DNA of 64,000 nucleotides from Longimicrobiales bacterium (lineage in GTDB: Bacteria > Gemmatimonadota > Gemmatimonadetes > Longimicrobiales > Gaopeijiaceae). A model generated the notes under the pieces. It was not told the origin of the DNA. It did not search any database and saw nothing but the letters and a program-made list of their open reading frames with translations. This document shows, in pieces, positions 39,296 through 49,627 of the stretch. The stretch covers positions 4,416,001-4,480,000 of the forward strand of contig OZ250165.1 in NCBI GenBank assembly GCA_965238005.1. Reading direction: 5' to 3'. The position numbers and the translations under genes are program-made. The stretch's first letter is position 1, and each line of letters starts with the position of its first letter.

Positions 39296-40509
39296 GCGTT
39301 TGTCCCAAAAGTGGGACTTGTGCCTTTTCGTGTGCCTTTTCGTGCGCCATTCTGGCACTCTTTCCGGCGTTCCAACGCCCCTCGGAGTTTGTCTTCGTCG
39401 GGTCGTTGGTAGCACTTGATGACGGTCTCGATGTCCCGCCAGCCACCCAACTGGCACACCACACTGAGGGGCTCCTCATGGAGATCGGTGGCGAACTTCC
39501 TCCGGAGCGAGTGCCATCCCCGCCCTGGTTTCCGCTCGAGCCCGGCCCTCACCTCCGCCCGCCTCCACCAGTTCCTGAGCAGATAGCGCCCCACGGGCCT
39601 CGCAGGGTCCTTGGGCGCCGGGAGCACCGGGGAGTCACCGATGCCAGGGCCATGCACTCGAGCCTCCTCAAACGCGACCCTGGCGTCCTCCGTCATCGGT
39701 GTGACGTGGGCATAGCCCGTCTTCTCAGACTCAGCACGCCAGTGGATGCTCGCCCCTTCGAAGTCGAGGTCGGACCACCGGAGCACCCGGATGGCGCCGA
39801 TCCTGTGGCCTGTTTCGTGCGCCAGGATCAGCGCAACACGGAACCTCCAGTCGACCTCACCCGCGACGCCGAGCAAGACCGAATACTCATGAGCAGTCAG
39901 GGTAATACGCCTCGGGTTCTTCTCTTTCGGCAGGCGGTACCCCTTGAGGGGGTCCCGCTCAAGCAGCACTCCACCGTGGCCGTCCCCTGCCATGGTTGCC
40001 CACGTGAGCACCGACCTCAGGTAACTCAGATCCTTCTGGACGGTGCGGGTGGCCACCGGCTCCCACTGCCCGGGCCGTGGTCCAATACGACCCGATCCAC
40101 GGTCCCGGATGAATCCATCCCAGTCCCTCCTGTTCAGCGTCGTTGCTCGACGATCCGGACCGAAGTACCGGACAAACATGTCCGCCGCCTTGCGGTCGTA
40201 TTGCTGATGACGCTCCCCGTTTCTCGGGGTCACCTCACCTAGGTATATGTCAAACAGCTCTTGGAGCGTGAGCTCCGGCGGAGCCTCCTCGATCACGGAC
40301 TCCGCTCTTGCGAGCTTGGCCGCAACCTCGTCAGCCTTACGCTTCGCCTTCTCGCGGTCGGAGTGACCCAGGGCGATGCGCTTCCGCTCACCGTCGTCCC
40401 GGAACTCGAGGGTCAGTGATCCTCCCGGCCGCTCGAAGATCCGAACACGGTTCCTGCCCTTCTCGCCGGACAGGTAGCTCCATCCCTTCCTTGTGCGTCT
40501 GGCCATCAT
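39274..40509 (-). CDS. Tyrosine integrase
   Basis: TGHRIG (R), EKTG (K), HSLRR, GGWR, CY catalytic set. Confidence 0.93.
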   Translation of the reverse strand: MMARRTRKGWSYLSGEKGRNRVRIFERPGGSLTLEFRDDGERKRIALGHSDREKAKRKADEVAAKLARAESVIEEAPPELTLQELFDIYLGEVTPRNGERHQQYDRKAADMFVRYFGPDRRATTLNRRDWDGFIRDRGSGRIGPRPGQWEPVATRTVQKDLSYLRSVLTWATMAGDGHGGVLLERDPLKGYRLPKEKNPRRITLTAHEYSVLLGVAGEVDWRFRVALILAHETGHRIGAIRVLRWSDLDFEGASIHWRAESEKTGYAHVTPMTEDARVAFEEARVHGPGIGDSPVLPAPKDPARPVGRYLLRNWWRRAEVRAGLERKPGRGWHSLRRKFATDLHEEPLSVVCQLGGWRDIETVIKCYQRPDEDKLRGALERRKECQNGARKGTRKGTSPTFGTNAKPRLML

Positions 40510-40886
40510 TGGTCTCCTGCTCTGATGGCAGATTGCACGACCTCCGTCCGTGAAATCTGGAGGTTCTGGGGGTGCCGTACCACCCCTGCCCTGACCGGCA
40601 GGTCTCCTCGGGCGATCCGGGGAGCTCCAGGCCTACCAGCGTTCGCGATCCTTCCCTCTCGGACGAGGCGCCCGAGGTGGTCTGTAGAGTACCCGCTGAG
40701 GTCGGAGGCCTCGGTGAGGGTCAGGGGGGCGTCGGCTCCCTCGCGGAGGGCTTTCTCGAGGGCGTCAGCGCATTTCTCGTAGGCGAGGGCCACGGAGGTC
40801 TCCTCGTGCTCTCGAAAGAGCCTACTCCTATCGCGCCACTCCTCAGGGAGGTCAGCGGGGAGCACGGGGCCGTTGGCGGACTTCAC
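40506..40886 (-). CDS. Excisionase-like MerR/HTH_17 DNA-binding protein
   Basis: LTLTEASDLSGYSTDHLGRLVREGRI..GAPRI; overlaps the int start. Confidence 0.7.
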   Translation of the reverse strand: MKSANGPVLPADLPEEWRDRSRLFREHEETSVALAYEKCADALEKALREGADAPLTLTEASDLSGYSTDHLGRLVREGRIANAGRPGAPRIARGDLPVRAGVVRHPQNLQISRTEVVQSAIRAGDQ

Positions 40887-43294
40887 GACCCCACCTCCTC
40901 GTCCTCCGTCGCCGACTCATCCACTAGATCAAAGAGGTCGGCGACGTTCTCGACGCGACCGCCGTGTCCGGCCCGCCACCCGGGAATAGCGTAGTACCTG
41001 TGCCGGTTCCCAGTGCGCCTGTTCTCGATGGCTCCACGGTGGATCAAATCACGAACAGCTTCCTGTTTGGCACCGTTACGACCCTCGACACGGTCGCGGA
41101 TGTGTTGCGCAGCACAGCCCGGCTCGCTCTCAATGAACTGGAACACACGTGCGAGAAGGGAGAGCTCTCTTGGGACGTCCACGAGCTCGACCACGGCGCT
41201 CGCAAAGAGAGTTGGTTCACTGTCGTCTGTGGTCGTCAGCGACAGACCCGTAAGCCCCTTCAGACGGAAGCCGAGCGGCAGAGGTTTGTGGCCGCCGTCC
41301 CGCATCTTCCGTGTCTTGAGGGTCATGGGGTTGCCGCTATCGAGAGCTTCCCTCGTGCCTTTGATCACATAGGAGAAGTCCAGGCCCTGTTCCCAGGCCG
41401 AAGCCCCCCGTAGGCGGTCGCTGTCGCCGTATCCCACGTGGTGCGTGAAAAGAGACGTGCAGTCAGTTTCGGCTGCAAACCGTGAGAGTAAGCCAGTGAT
41501 GGCGTTGGCAGTGTCGTTGTCATTCTCCGACTGCTCTGCCCCTAACGTTTTTCCGAGCGTGTCGATGATGACGAGGCCAGCGCCGGTCTGATTGATTGTG
41601 TTGATCAATCCGGTTTCAAAAACCGGGTCGTCGAACCGAGGCGGGTACTCGCTGATTATGACACGGCCCCGAAGCACCTCCTCCATCTCGGCGAGCGTAG
41701 CACTCTCGCGTAGGTACCCGTGTTCAACCAACCAGCCGAAAATCCGCTTTGGGAAGTCGCGATTTCCCTCGGCGATTAGAAAAATGACGGGCTGCTGCGT
41801 CGTCTCGGACCCGAGCCAGGGCCGCCCGAAGGCGACCGAGCATCCCAGGTCGATCACCAGCCAGGTCTTCCCAAGAGAGAAATCTGAGACGATGGCGCCA
41901 ACGCCAGCAGCGGGGATGCGCCCGTCGACGAGGTACCGATCTTCCAATCGGATGTCCTTTATATTTAGGGCTCGGAGAACGGGCACCCCGTCAGCATCGC
42001 GCACGAAGGCGGCCCGCCCATTGGATGGCTTGACCGAGTTCAGTACATCCTGCGCCCCCTGCCTGCCCAGAAGGTTGTCCAACTTGCGGGTCAAGGCGGC
42101 TTCGGCGAGCGTGCGCTCCCGATGATCCAACGTGGGGAGCATCGCCAGCACCCGGTCACTCGTGTCCAGTGCTGTCGCCAGTGAGTTCGGACCGAGCTGC
42201 CCAATCAGCTTAAGCGCGGTGGACAGGGCGTCAGAGCAGCATGCAGGGCCCTCCGTAGCCTCTGGAGCGTCCTGGTCAGCCTCAAACAGCCCTTGAATCT
42301 CCTCCACCCTCTCTTGGGAGAGTTCCTCCTTGAGGGTGTCCTCCCCAACCTTGAAGCCCTGCCCCCGTAGCCACTTCCACCCGATCTCGAATGGGGGTTT
42401 GAGACTATCCCATGTCCTCTCCACGAGATCAGGATCGTTCTCGCCCCCCTTCCAGCGGCCGGAAAAGTCCTGAAACATCTCAAGCCCTGCGATCACGTCG
42501 TCCTGGGCCGCCGCCCGGATCGCGATTCCAAACCTGATCCACTCGTCGCGGGTCTCGTACGTGTTCGGGATCCGGGCAATGAGCTCCTCGAGCTCCTTGA
42601 TCGAGGGGGCCTTGAGGTCCTCCTGCGGAGGCGCCTCCTTCACTCTCCCGTCCCCCACGATCTCGACGTCGAAGCCCTCGTCGCGAAGAAGGGTCGCGAG
42701 GTGCTCGAAGAAAGCCTGAGCGCTCACCCTGCTCACCCACGGGAGGGTCTCCGGGTCTACCTCCCAGAGCGGGGCGCCCTCCCATCCATAGTCGACCCCG
42801 GAGGGGTGACGGCCGTGGATGAGGTACTGGCGGCCCTTGCCGAGCCACTCGATCTCTGCCGATTCGTCTCCCTTCCGGACCTTGAGGACCATCTTGGGGA
42901 AGGGCTCCTTCGTCCGATAGACGAGGAGGCCGCGAGGGTGGCGCGAGGTCCGGTAGGGCGACGGCCCGAAGGAGGACTCGGCCTCCTTGCGGACCAACTG
43001 CGTCAGCTTCTCGAAGTCAGAGTCGATGTCCAGAGCTGGGAAGCGGTTACCGAGGAGACCAATGTTCGCCCTCCACTCGTCGATGGTGGCGGGGTCGATG
43101 CTCTCCTTCGTGAAATTGTAGCCCCGCCACCCGTGGGGTCCCATCTCACCAGGACATTTCCCGCGCTGGCCGGGGTCTATCTTAGAGTACGGTGAAAGGT
43201 CACCGTCCGGTGGGATGACGGAAACGAGCTCTGTGTAGCCTCTGTTGTAGAGTTTGGTCGCGACGTCGTTGTCGCGGCGTGTGTTGTGAGACAT
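40883..43294 (-). CDS. Prim-Pol + PriCT-2 + AAA_25 (RecA-like) primase-helicase with C-terminal wHTH
   Basis: NIGLL..ALDID, HPSG..Y.W; RDEWIRFGIAI; LGKT, IIDTL, END, HHVG, RLRGASA. Confidence 0.85.
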   Translation of the reverse strand: MSHNTRRDNDVATKLYNRGYTELVSVIPPDGDLSPYSKIDPGQRGKCPGEMGPHGWRGYNFTKESIDPATIDEWRANIGLLGNRFPALDIDSDFEKLTQLVRKEAESSFGPSPYRTSRHPRGLLVYRTKEPFPKMVLKVRKGDESAEIEWLGKGRQYLIHGRHPSGVDYGWEGAPLWEVDPETLPWVSRVSAQAFFEHLATLLRDEGFDVEIVGDGRVKEAPPQEDLKAPSIKELEELIARIPNTYETRDEWIRFGIAIRAAAQDDVIAGLEMFQDFSGRWKGGENDPDLVERTWDSLKPPFEIGWKWLRGQGFKVGEDTLKEELSQERVEEIQGLFEADQDAPEATEGPACCSDALSTALKLIGQLGPNSLATALDTSDRVLAMLPTLDHRERTLAEAALTRKLDNLLGRQGAQDVLNSVKPSNGRAAFVRDADGVPVLRALNIKDIRLEDRYLVDGRIPAAGVGAIVSDFSLGKTWLVIDLGCSVAFGRPWLGSETTQQPVIFLIAEGNRDFPKRIFGWLVEHGYLRESATLAEMEEVLRGRVIISEYPPRFDDPVFETGLINTINQTGAGLVIIDTLGKTLGAEQSENDNDTANAITGLLSRFAAETDCTSLFTHHVGYGDSDRLRGASAWEQGLDFSYVIKGTREALDSGNPMTLKTRKMRDGGHKPLPLGFRLKGLTGLSLTTTDDSEPTLFASAVVELVDVPRELSLLARVFQFIESEPGCAAQHIRDRVEGRNGAKQEAVRDLIHRGAIENRRTGNRHRYYAIPGWRAGHGGRVENVADLFDLVDESATEDEEVGS

Positions 43295-43473
43295 CTCATA
43301 GTTCCTCCACTACCTACCCCTGGCATCGTGCCGATGCAGGGGCTCGGCTCTCTCTAACCTCATGCGTCGGTCATCCGACGCAGACCTCATTGCCCGAGGG
43401 CGGGGCTTGCCTCACGCACCACGGCGGGGGCAACCTGTCCTGGACTTTAATTATGAAGAGTCGGGGCCGATGC

Positions 43474-44418
43474 ATGCGTGACGAAAATGAGGAACAATCC
43501 ATGCATCACATCAGGATCGTCGACGACGAGAAGCTCAGGGGCGTGGTCGAGGAGCTGAGTGGGCGGTATGGGAGCGGTCGGAAGGCCGCTAAGCGCTGGG
43601 GGATAGGGCAGTCTACGTTCGCCCGGATCCGGAATGGCACGACAACGAAGGCCATGTCTTATGACACGTACGCGAGCATCTGCTGGGCGCTTGACGCTGA
43701 TCCGGACGTCCCCCGACGACGGCTTGACCAGGGTCCTCCGGCTCCGACGGTAGAGGGTTTTGACGTTTGGGGGAGGGCGGTCCAGATCAAAGCACGGGAA
43801 CTGCAAGCAGGGGAGGGGGAGATCCACTCCGACGACCTGGATTCGGCCGTGCAGTCGATCCCACCAGACGTTGTAATCGGGCCTGATGAGCTCGAGGAGG
43901 CTCGGCAGGCTCTCATCGAGGAGCAGGTGCAGCTCGCCCTCGCCGACCATTCCCTGTTAGAGAGGTTCCTCGACAGTGTTCTGACGGTGGATGAGCGAGA
44001 GGTACTGGACCGGTACGAGGCCTGGCTCGATAGGGAGTTGAGATGGTTCACAAAGCGGGTCAAGCCCGTTCTCGGTGTGTTGCTGGAGCGGGAAGAGCTC
44101 AACGAGCTCATCGGGGACTTCCTCGCCGCAGTCCGGAAGGAGGACGAACCGGAATCCTACCAGAAACGGTGTACGTTGGCCCTCTACCGAGCCGTTGACC
44201 CCTTGGTCGACGCCCACGATACATGGGGAGTGGAACGGTCGTGGCGGGAGCTCGATGACGTCGATCTCCTGCTCCCGTATCTAAGGGCCGCGCTCGACCG
44301 AGAGGAGATTCTGTTGCGGGAGCGTGAGAGTGAGCTCACGAGGATCAGAGGGGCCCACCCGCCAACAACCCACGACGAGGACGGGGAAGAAGAGGAGATG
44401 GACTCGGATTCGGGTTAG
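43474..44418 (+). CDS. N-terminal XRE-like HTH protein, divergent from primase (putative repressor)
   Basis: SGRKAAKRWGIGQSTFARIRNG HTH; acidic C-terminal region of unknown function. Confidence 0.6.
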   Translation: MRDENEEQSMHHIRIVDDEKLRGVVEELSGRYGSGRKAAKRWGIGQSTFARIRNGTTTKAMSYDTYASICWALDADPDVPRRRLDQGPPAPTVEGFDVWGRAVQIKARELQAGEGEIHSDDLDSAVQSIPPDVVIGPDELEEARQALIEEQVQLALADHSLLERFLDSVLTVDEREVLDRYEAWLDRELRWFTKRVKPVLGVLLEREELNELIGDFLAAVRKEDEPESYQKRCTLALYRAVDPLVDAHDTWGVERSWRELDDVDLLLPYLRAALDREEILLRERESELTRIRGAHPPTTHDEDGEEEEMDSDSG

Positions 44419-44933
44419 ACCCGTGCCGGTCAGGGAGGGATCGGCACTCGCCCCGGTAGGGTGTGCCCGTAAGGGCACCCCCGGGCGAGTAGGCCAGGCC
44501 TTGGAGGGACGGACAGATGTCACACCTTGAGTGGAGAGACTGGGTCGGACCTGCGACAGAGCCGTGTCTCAGCGATATTCAGTGCGGCGTCGCGGAGCAT
44601 CTGACTTGCTGATCGTCAATTGATCTCAGGCATTTCTTTCGGAACATGAATCGACAAGAACTGGATACAATCGTCACGGGCGGTGAGTCAGAGCAAGTCG
44701 AGTTCAAGCGCACTACCGGCCAAAGGACGGAAGGAGCAAGAGCCGTCTGCGGAATGCTGAACGGATCAGGTGGCTTCGTCTTTTGGGGTGTAGCCGACGA
44801 CGGGCAGATTAGTGGCCAAGAGATCGGATCAGGGACGATCGAAGGGCTGGTTGCCGCTCTTCGGCAGCTGGAGCCACCTGTGCTTATGCAGCCAGAGCTC
44901 GTCCCTATAGGCAACAATCGATCAGTGATAGCC

Positions 44934-46411
44934 CACTGATAGGTAACGCTTTTCTCACCCCTGATGGGTGACAGTCTCGACCCGTAACGTGGCGCTCCTT
45001 CGACACGCTCTTGGAGCTGCCCATGCCATGGTTGGAGACCGATCCCATGAACGAACGCAAGCGATTCATCCTCGAGGCCACCGCGAGCCTCTTCTCCCAC
45101 TCCGAACTCTGCCGACGCTACAACATCAGCCGCAAGACGGGCTACAAGTGGCTCGAACGATACGAGACCCAAGGACCCGACGGGCTGCTCGACCGCTCCC
45201 ATCGGCCCCATTGCTGTCCCCACGCTACTGAGCCCCACATCCTCGAGGCTGCCTTCGAGCTCCGCCGTCGTCGACCCCGGTGGGGAGCTGCCAAGATCCT
45301 AGGCCGCCTCCTCGAGGTGCACCCCGACTGGTCGCTACCCGCGCCCCAGGTCCTGCACAGACACTTCCTGCGCGAGGGCCTGGTCAACAAGCTGCGGCGC
45401 CGACGTAAATCCTCTCATCCCGGTCGACCCACCGCGCCCTTCGATGCGCCCAACTCCATCTGGTCCGCCGACTTCAAGGGGCAGTTCAAGACCCTCGACG
45501 GCGTCTACTGCTACCCGCTCACCGTCCAGGATGGCTTCAGCCGCTACCTGCTCGCTTGTCAGGGCCTCTCAGGGACCACCTACGCCGGTTCCAGACGTGT
45601 TTTCACCCGCCTCTTCCACGAGTTCGGGATCCCCGACCGCATCCGTACCGACAACGGTACTCCCTTTGCCTCCATAGCCTTAGGGCGCCTCTCCAGGCTC
45701 TCCGTCTGGTGGATCAAGCTCGGCATCCTGCCCGATCTCATCGAGCCCGCATCTCCCCAGCAGAACGGCCGCCACGAACGCATGCACAAAGACCTCAAGG
45801 CTGAGGCCACCATCCCGCCCGCCGGAAACCGATCCGCTCAGCAGAAACGCTTCAATGCCTTCCGCATTGATTTCAACGAGATCCGGCCCCACGAGGCCCA
45901 CGGCCAGAGGCCGCCCGCCTCCGTCTACGAGCCCTCAACCCGTCCCTTCCCCAGCAAGCTCTTGACCCCCGACTACCCCGCCCACTTCGAGACCCGTAAG
46001 GTCTCCATCAACGGCGGCATCCGATGGCACTCCGCCTGGGCCAACGTCTCTCATCTGCTCGGCGGCGAATACATTGGCCTCGAGGAGGTCGCCGACGATG
46101 TCTGGGCTGTCTACTTCGGTCCCGTCGCCCTCGGTTGGCTTCACGTCCGAAAAGCTGCCATCCTCGATCACGATGGCTCCTCGTCCCGTAATCCACGACG
46201 CTGAGGCCGCGTGAACTGCCCAGCCCCTCAGACGTCGACGCGAACCGCTACCTTCGTGGAACTCCGCTCGCTTCTACTCCCCTGCGCTCCGGCGCAGCGG
46301 AAGCTTCTGACTCCACCGGTGGAGGTAACAAAAAAAACAGCAGCTTACCTGACAAGAACTGTCACCCATCAGGGGTGTGTAACTGTTGGTACCCATCAGG
46401 GGTACCGCTCA
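44934..46411 (+). mobile_element. IS481-like insertion sequence 2 (ends approximate)
   Basis: Perfect 18-bp IR CCCCTGATGGGTGACAGT (44958-44975) / 46358-46375, plus outer imperfect copies. Confidence 0.85.
45023..46204 (+). CDS. IS481-family transposase
   Basis: ISRKTGYKW..RY, WSADFKG, TDNGTPF, PQQNGRHER. Confidence 0.92.
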   Translation: MPWLETDPMNERKRFILEATASLFSHSELCRRYNISRKTGYKWLERYETQGPDGLLDRSHRPHCCPHATEPHILEAAFELRRRRPRWGAAKILGRLLEVHPDWSLPAPQVLHRHFLREGLVNKLRRRRKSSHPGRPTAPFDAPNSIWSADFKGQFKTLDGVYCYPLTVQDGFSRYLLACQGLSGTTYAGSRRVFTRLFHEFGIPDRIRTDNGTPFASIALGRLSRLSVWWIKLGILPDLIEPASPQQNGRHERMHKDLKAEATIPPAGNRSAQQKRFNAFRIDFNEIRPHEAHGQRPPASVYEPSTRPFPSKLLTPDYPAHFETRKVSINGGIRWHSAWANVSHLLGGEYIGLEEVADDVWAVYFGPVALGWLHVRKAAILDHDGSSSRNPRR

Positions 46412-47657
46412 CTGGGAGTACCGGGCGGTCGTATCGAACCCTACACCTATGACGGACGTCCATATGTCCGCCATGGTCCGACGACGCTGCAAATGCCTCA
46501 GGAGGAGTATCGGCGGCGACTGATTGAGCAAATGCACCCCACGCAGCGATGGGAGATCCAGCCCGCTCACGAATTGTCCATGGAAGACCTCGATACGTCT
46601 GAGATCGTCAGAACGGTTGAAGAGGCGATCCGTCGAGGCCGTTTGGATGAGCCCGCCACGAGGGACCCTGGGCATCTACTCCGTGGGTTGGGACTCCTCC
46701 GAGATGACCGAATCCTAAATGCAGCGGTCGCGCTATTTGGTCTTGAGAGCTCGTTTCTCCCTCACTATCCCCAGTGCCTTCTAAGGATGGCCCGATTTCG
46801 AGGGGTTACCACGCACGACTTCGAAGATAATCGACAAGTCCATGGTAACGTCTTCGACCTGCTTCTGCGCGCCCAGCGCTTTCTTCGGGAGCACCTGCCC
46901 GTCGCTGGACGGATCGTCCCGGACCTCTTTCAGCGGCAAGACGATCCGCTCTACCCTCCAGAGGCTCTTCGGGAGGCACTCGCCAATGCGTTTTGCCACA
47001 AATCCTACGGGATAGGAGGTGGCTCGGTGAGTATCGCGATCTTCGATGACCGACTCGAAGTCTCAAGTACGGGTCGCCTACCATTTGGTCTCACGGTAGA
47101 CGACCTCACTCGACCCCATCCATCCCGACCGTGGAATCCACTCATGGCGGGGGTCCTGTACCGAAGGGGCCTTATCGAGCAATGGGGTAGGGGAACGCTC
47201 CGTATCGCGGAGCTAATCGAACAGGCTGGATTAGCCGAACCAGAGTTTGAGGAGCGAGGTGGGGAGGTCGTGGTCCGCTTCTTTCCGACCGGATATGTGC
47301 CGCCTCGGCGGGTCGATCATCCGTTGACGGACCTTCAGCAGCAGCTCCTTCGGGCTCTTGCGGAGATCGGCCCAGCTCTGTTGAATGAAATCCTCACCCT
47401 ACTCCCCGCAGGTGTTGCTTCCAGGACCGTGCAGTACAACCTAGGGACGTTACGCGAGCTAGATCTAGTTGAGCTGCAGGGCTGGGGCCGAGGAGCTCGT
47501 TGGCGCCTAACGGGCAGGTGACTGGTTGCGCCTTTTTGTTCCTTTTGCGCCTTTATAGTGCTGACCGTTTGATCGGCGACGAAACTCGGTTGGAATAGCC
47601 AGGGCCTTAGAACCAGGGCCGTTCCGGGTCACTTAGGCAAAAGGGCAGCGAGACTCC

Positions 47658-47728
47658 GTTCGGGCTCATTCGGGTCCATTCGGGTCCATTCGGGCTCATT
47701 CGGTCCATTCGGGTCCATTCGGGTCCAT
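47658..47728. repeat. 7 x ~10-bp tandem repeat ATTCGGG(TC/CT)C, iteron-like
   Basis: Read directly; one unit is 9 bp. Confidence 0.9.
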
Positions 47729-47768
47729 CTACCTTCTTCGACAGTCGTAGCGCGCGCGTAGCACACCG

Positions 47769-48089
47769 CCCCCCCCTTGGGGCCCCTCCCCCCGGGGGCG
47801 AGGCAGACAAATCTCGACAGCACTTTGGCCGTGACAGTCCTCGCGCACGCGTGAGACACGCGCCGAGATCGGCAGTCGATAACTACACGGCCGAGCTGCA
47901 TACTCGAGCGCAATCTCTCCCGTAGCGACGAGCTCATGAATATCCGCTGATCTGTAAATGACTGTCCTGCACTCACTTACGGCACAGTACAGGCTGCGTA
48001 TAATAGGGATTATGTAAAGCATCTGACCCCGGCACCCGGCGCTGCCGTGCACCCCCCCTTTGGGGCCCCTCCCCCCGGGGGCGAGGCAG
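47769..48089. repeat. ~38-bp GC-rich direct repeat pair upstream of terS
   Basis: CCCCCCCTT(T)GGGGCCCCTCCCCCCGGGGGCGAGGCAG at 47769-47806 and 48052-48089. Confidence 0.9.
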
Positions 48090-48238
48090 TCGCCTACCCC
48101 TCACAGCGCGACGCGGGGAGTCCCGCCAAAAAAAATGGGGGATCTGGCCATTTTCTCCGATCCGCCCCCCTCCGGGCATTTCTCGACCCAGAAAAACCCT
48201 TTCCCTGGGGAATCCATTAGTTGGGTCATACAACTACT

Positions 48239-48703
48239 ATGTCAGGACGACCGTTTCTACAAATGATCTCAAAGAAGATCGAATCCCTCGGCGGGGACGA
48301 GTGGTTTTTTGGGCGGATCATCAACGGGGACACGATGGCGGCCATCGCGGAGACCGTGGAGTGCTCCCGTCCGTTTCTGTACCAGTGGCTCGACCTCAAG
48401 CGGGAGGAGCGCCGGGCGGCGCTCCCTGCAGCTAGACGGCTGTCGGCGGACGCCCACGTCGAGGGCGGGCAGGAGCTCCTGGACCGCCTGGCGGGCACCG
48501 ACGCGACCTCGTCCGAGGTCTCCCTGACCATCGCCCGGGCCAGGTACAGGCAGTGGCGGGCCTCGCGGTACAATCGGGAGCTGTATGGGGAGCCCCGGCC
48601 CGGGCTGGATGTGAGTATCTCGATAGGGCAGCTCCACCTGGACGCACTTCGGGCGAAGGGGGCCATGGAGGTCCCGGAGGCGGAGGTCAAGCTTGTCGAG
48701 TAA
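48239..48703 (+). CDS. Terminase small subunit (Sf6/P22-like)
   Basis: HTH (RI.NG.T...IA...SR..LY.WL), AR...AD, RQWRASRYNRELYGE signature. Confidence 0.75.
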   Translation: MSGRPFLQMISKKIESLGGDEWFFGRIINGDTMAAIAETVECSRPFLYQWLDLKREERRAALPAARRLSADAHVEGGQELLDRLAGTDATSSEVSLTIARARYRQWRASRYNRELYGEPRPGLDVSISIGQLHLDALRAKGAMEVPEAEVKLVE

Positions 48704-48805
48704 TCGCGCACCCCCCTCAGGGCTTCAGCCAGCGTAGTAGTATCAAGAAAAAGTGGGTCGACGAGCGGTCCCTGGCGGAAGTCCGGCCGCTGTCGCGGAG
48801 GGCCG

Positions 48806-49261
48806 TTATCGGCGACGGGAGGTTCGTCCTCTCGACCAAGACTTGAGCGTTTCCGCAGCCTCGTAAGCGCCTGCTGACAAGACCGCCGCAAGCCCGACAG
48901 CCACAGCCATCCAGACCAGACCCAGCCAAAGCACATTGCCGTTGAGGAAGAACTCTGCAAGGACTCGCTGCCCGTGAACCCAAGAGGGGTCTGGCACGTA
49001 GACCGCCTCCGGCGAAAAACTTCCGCCCCAGAGCTGGTAGGCGCTGACGCTCCGGGCGGTACCCTCGTACCACCAGTTGACGAGCGGGGCGCCGATCCCG
49101 ACTAGCACCATGACAAGACCGGGCGACATTAGGATGAGATTGATGCCAACGAGGGCGTTCTCAAGCCTGGGATCTTCCACCTGATCCACCTTTGTGTCAG
49201 CACGGTCGCGCGGGGGGGGGGCGCCATTTGCGGCCCCCACGTCGGTTCTGTCCGCCTTCAA
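48806..49261 (-). CDS. Hypothetical two-TM membrane protein
   Basis: Two hydrophobic stretches; upstream GAAGG-like SD. Confidence 0.45.
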   Translation of the reverse strand: MKADRTDVGAANGAPPPRDRADTKVDQVEDPRLENALVGINLILMSPGLVMVLVGIGAPLVNWWYEGTARSVSAYQLWGGSFSPEAVYVPDPSWVHGQRVLAEFFLNGNVLWLGLVWMAVAVGLAAVLSAGAYEAAETLKSWSRGRTSRRR

Positions 49262-49357
49262 TCAATCGGACGGACAGAAAACCACCCTGTAATGAACAAA
49301 GAACCGCTACTTCTATGGTGTCGATGCCTATGGTAGGAACGCCTAACGTCCTCGTCA

Positions 49358-49627
49358 ATGGATCAGGAGGCCGAGAGACTACATCGGGCCATTGGCCGAC
49401 GTCTACGGGAGCTGCGCCGTGCCGAACCGGAGCTCTCGCAGGAGAAGCTCGCCGCACTAGCGGGCTTCCATCGAACGTACATAGGGAAGGTCGAGCGCGG
49501 AGAGACGGCGACGACGGTGGACGGCCTGGCGGCACTCTGCTCAGCGCTCGGCACAACCCTCGCCGAGTTCTTTCAGCCTTTCGATCGGCCCCTCAAGCTC
49601 CGCGGCCCCCGTCGTCGTCGTCCGTAA
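49358..49627 (+). CDS. XRE-family transcriptional regulator
   Basis: GRRLRELR..LSQEKLA..AGFHRTYIGKVERGE. Confidence 0.9.
   Translation: MDQEAERLHRAIGRRLRELRRAEPELSQEKLAALAGFHRTYIGKVERGETATTVDGLAALCSALGTTLAEFFQPFDRPLKLRGPRRRRP

Larger units (their letters stand above)
44646..47521 (+). pseudogene. Schlafen/AlbA_2-HATPase_c_4-HTH gene split by IS481-like element
   Basis: N-part GESEQVEFK..LNGSGG..GVADDG ends RSVIA at ~44933; resumes LGVPGG..PYTYDG..YPPEALREALANA at ~46412. Confidence 0.88.

Noticed and set aside
47520..47610. attR of the tRNA-Pro element (TTGCGCCTTT repeats resemble left arm sites)
   Set aside because: No convincing copy of the tRNA-Pro(GGG) 3' end here or elsewhere in the window
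47658..47728. CRISPR array
   Set aside because: Contiguous 10-bp units with no spacers; no cas genes in the window
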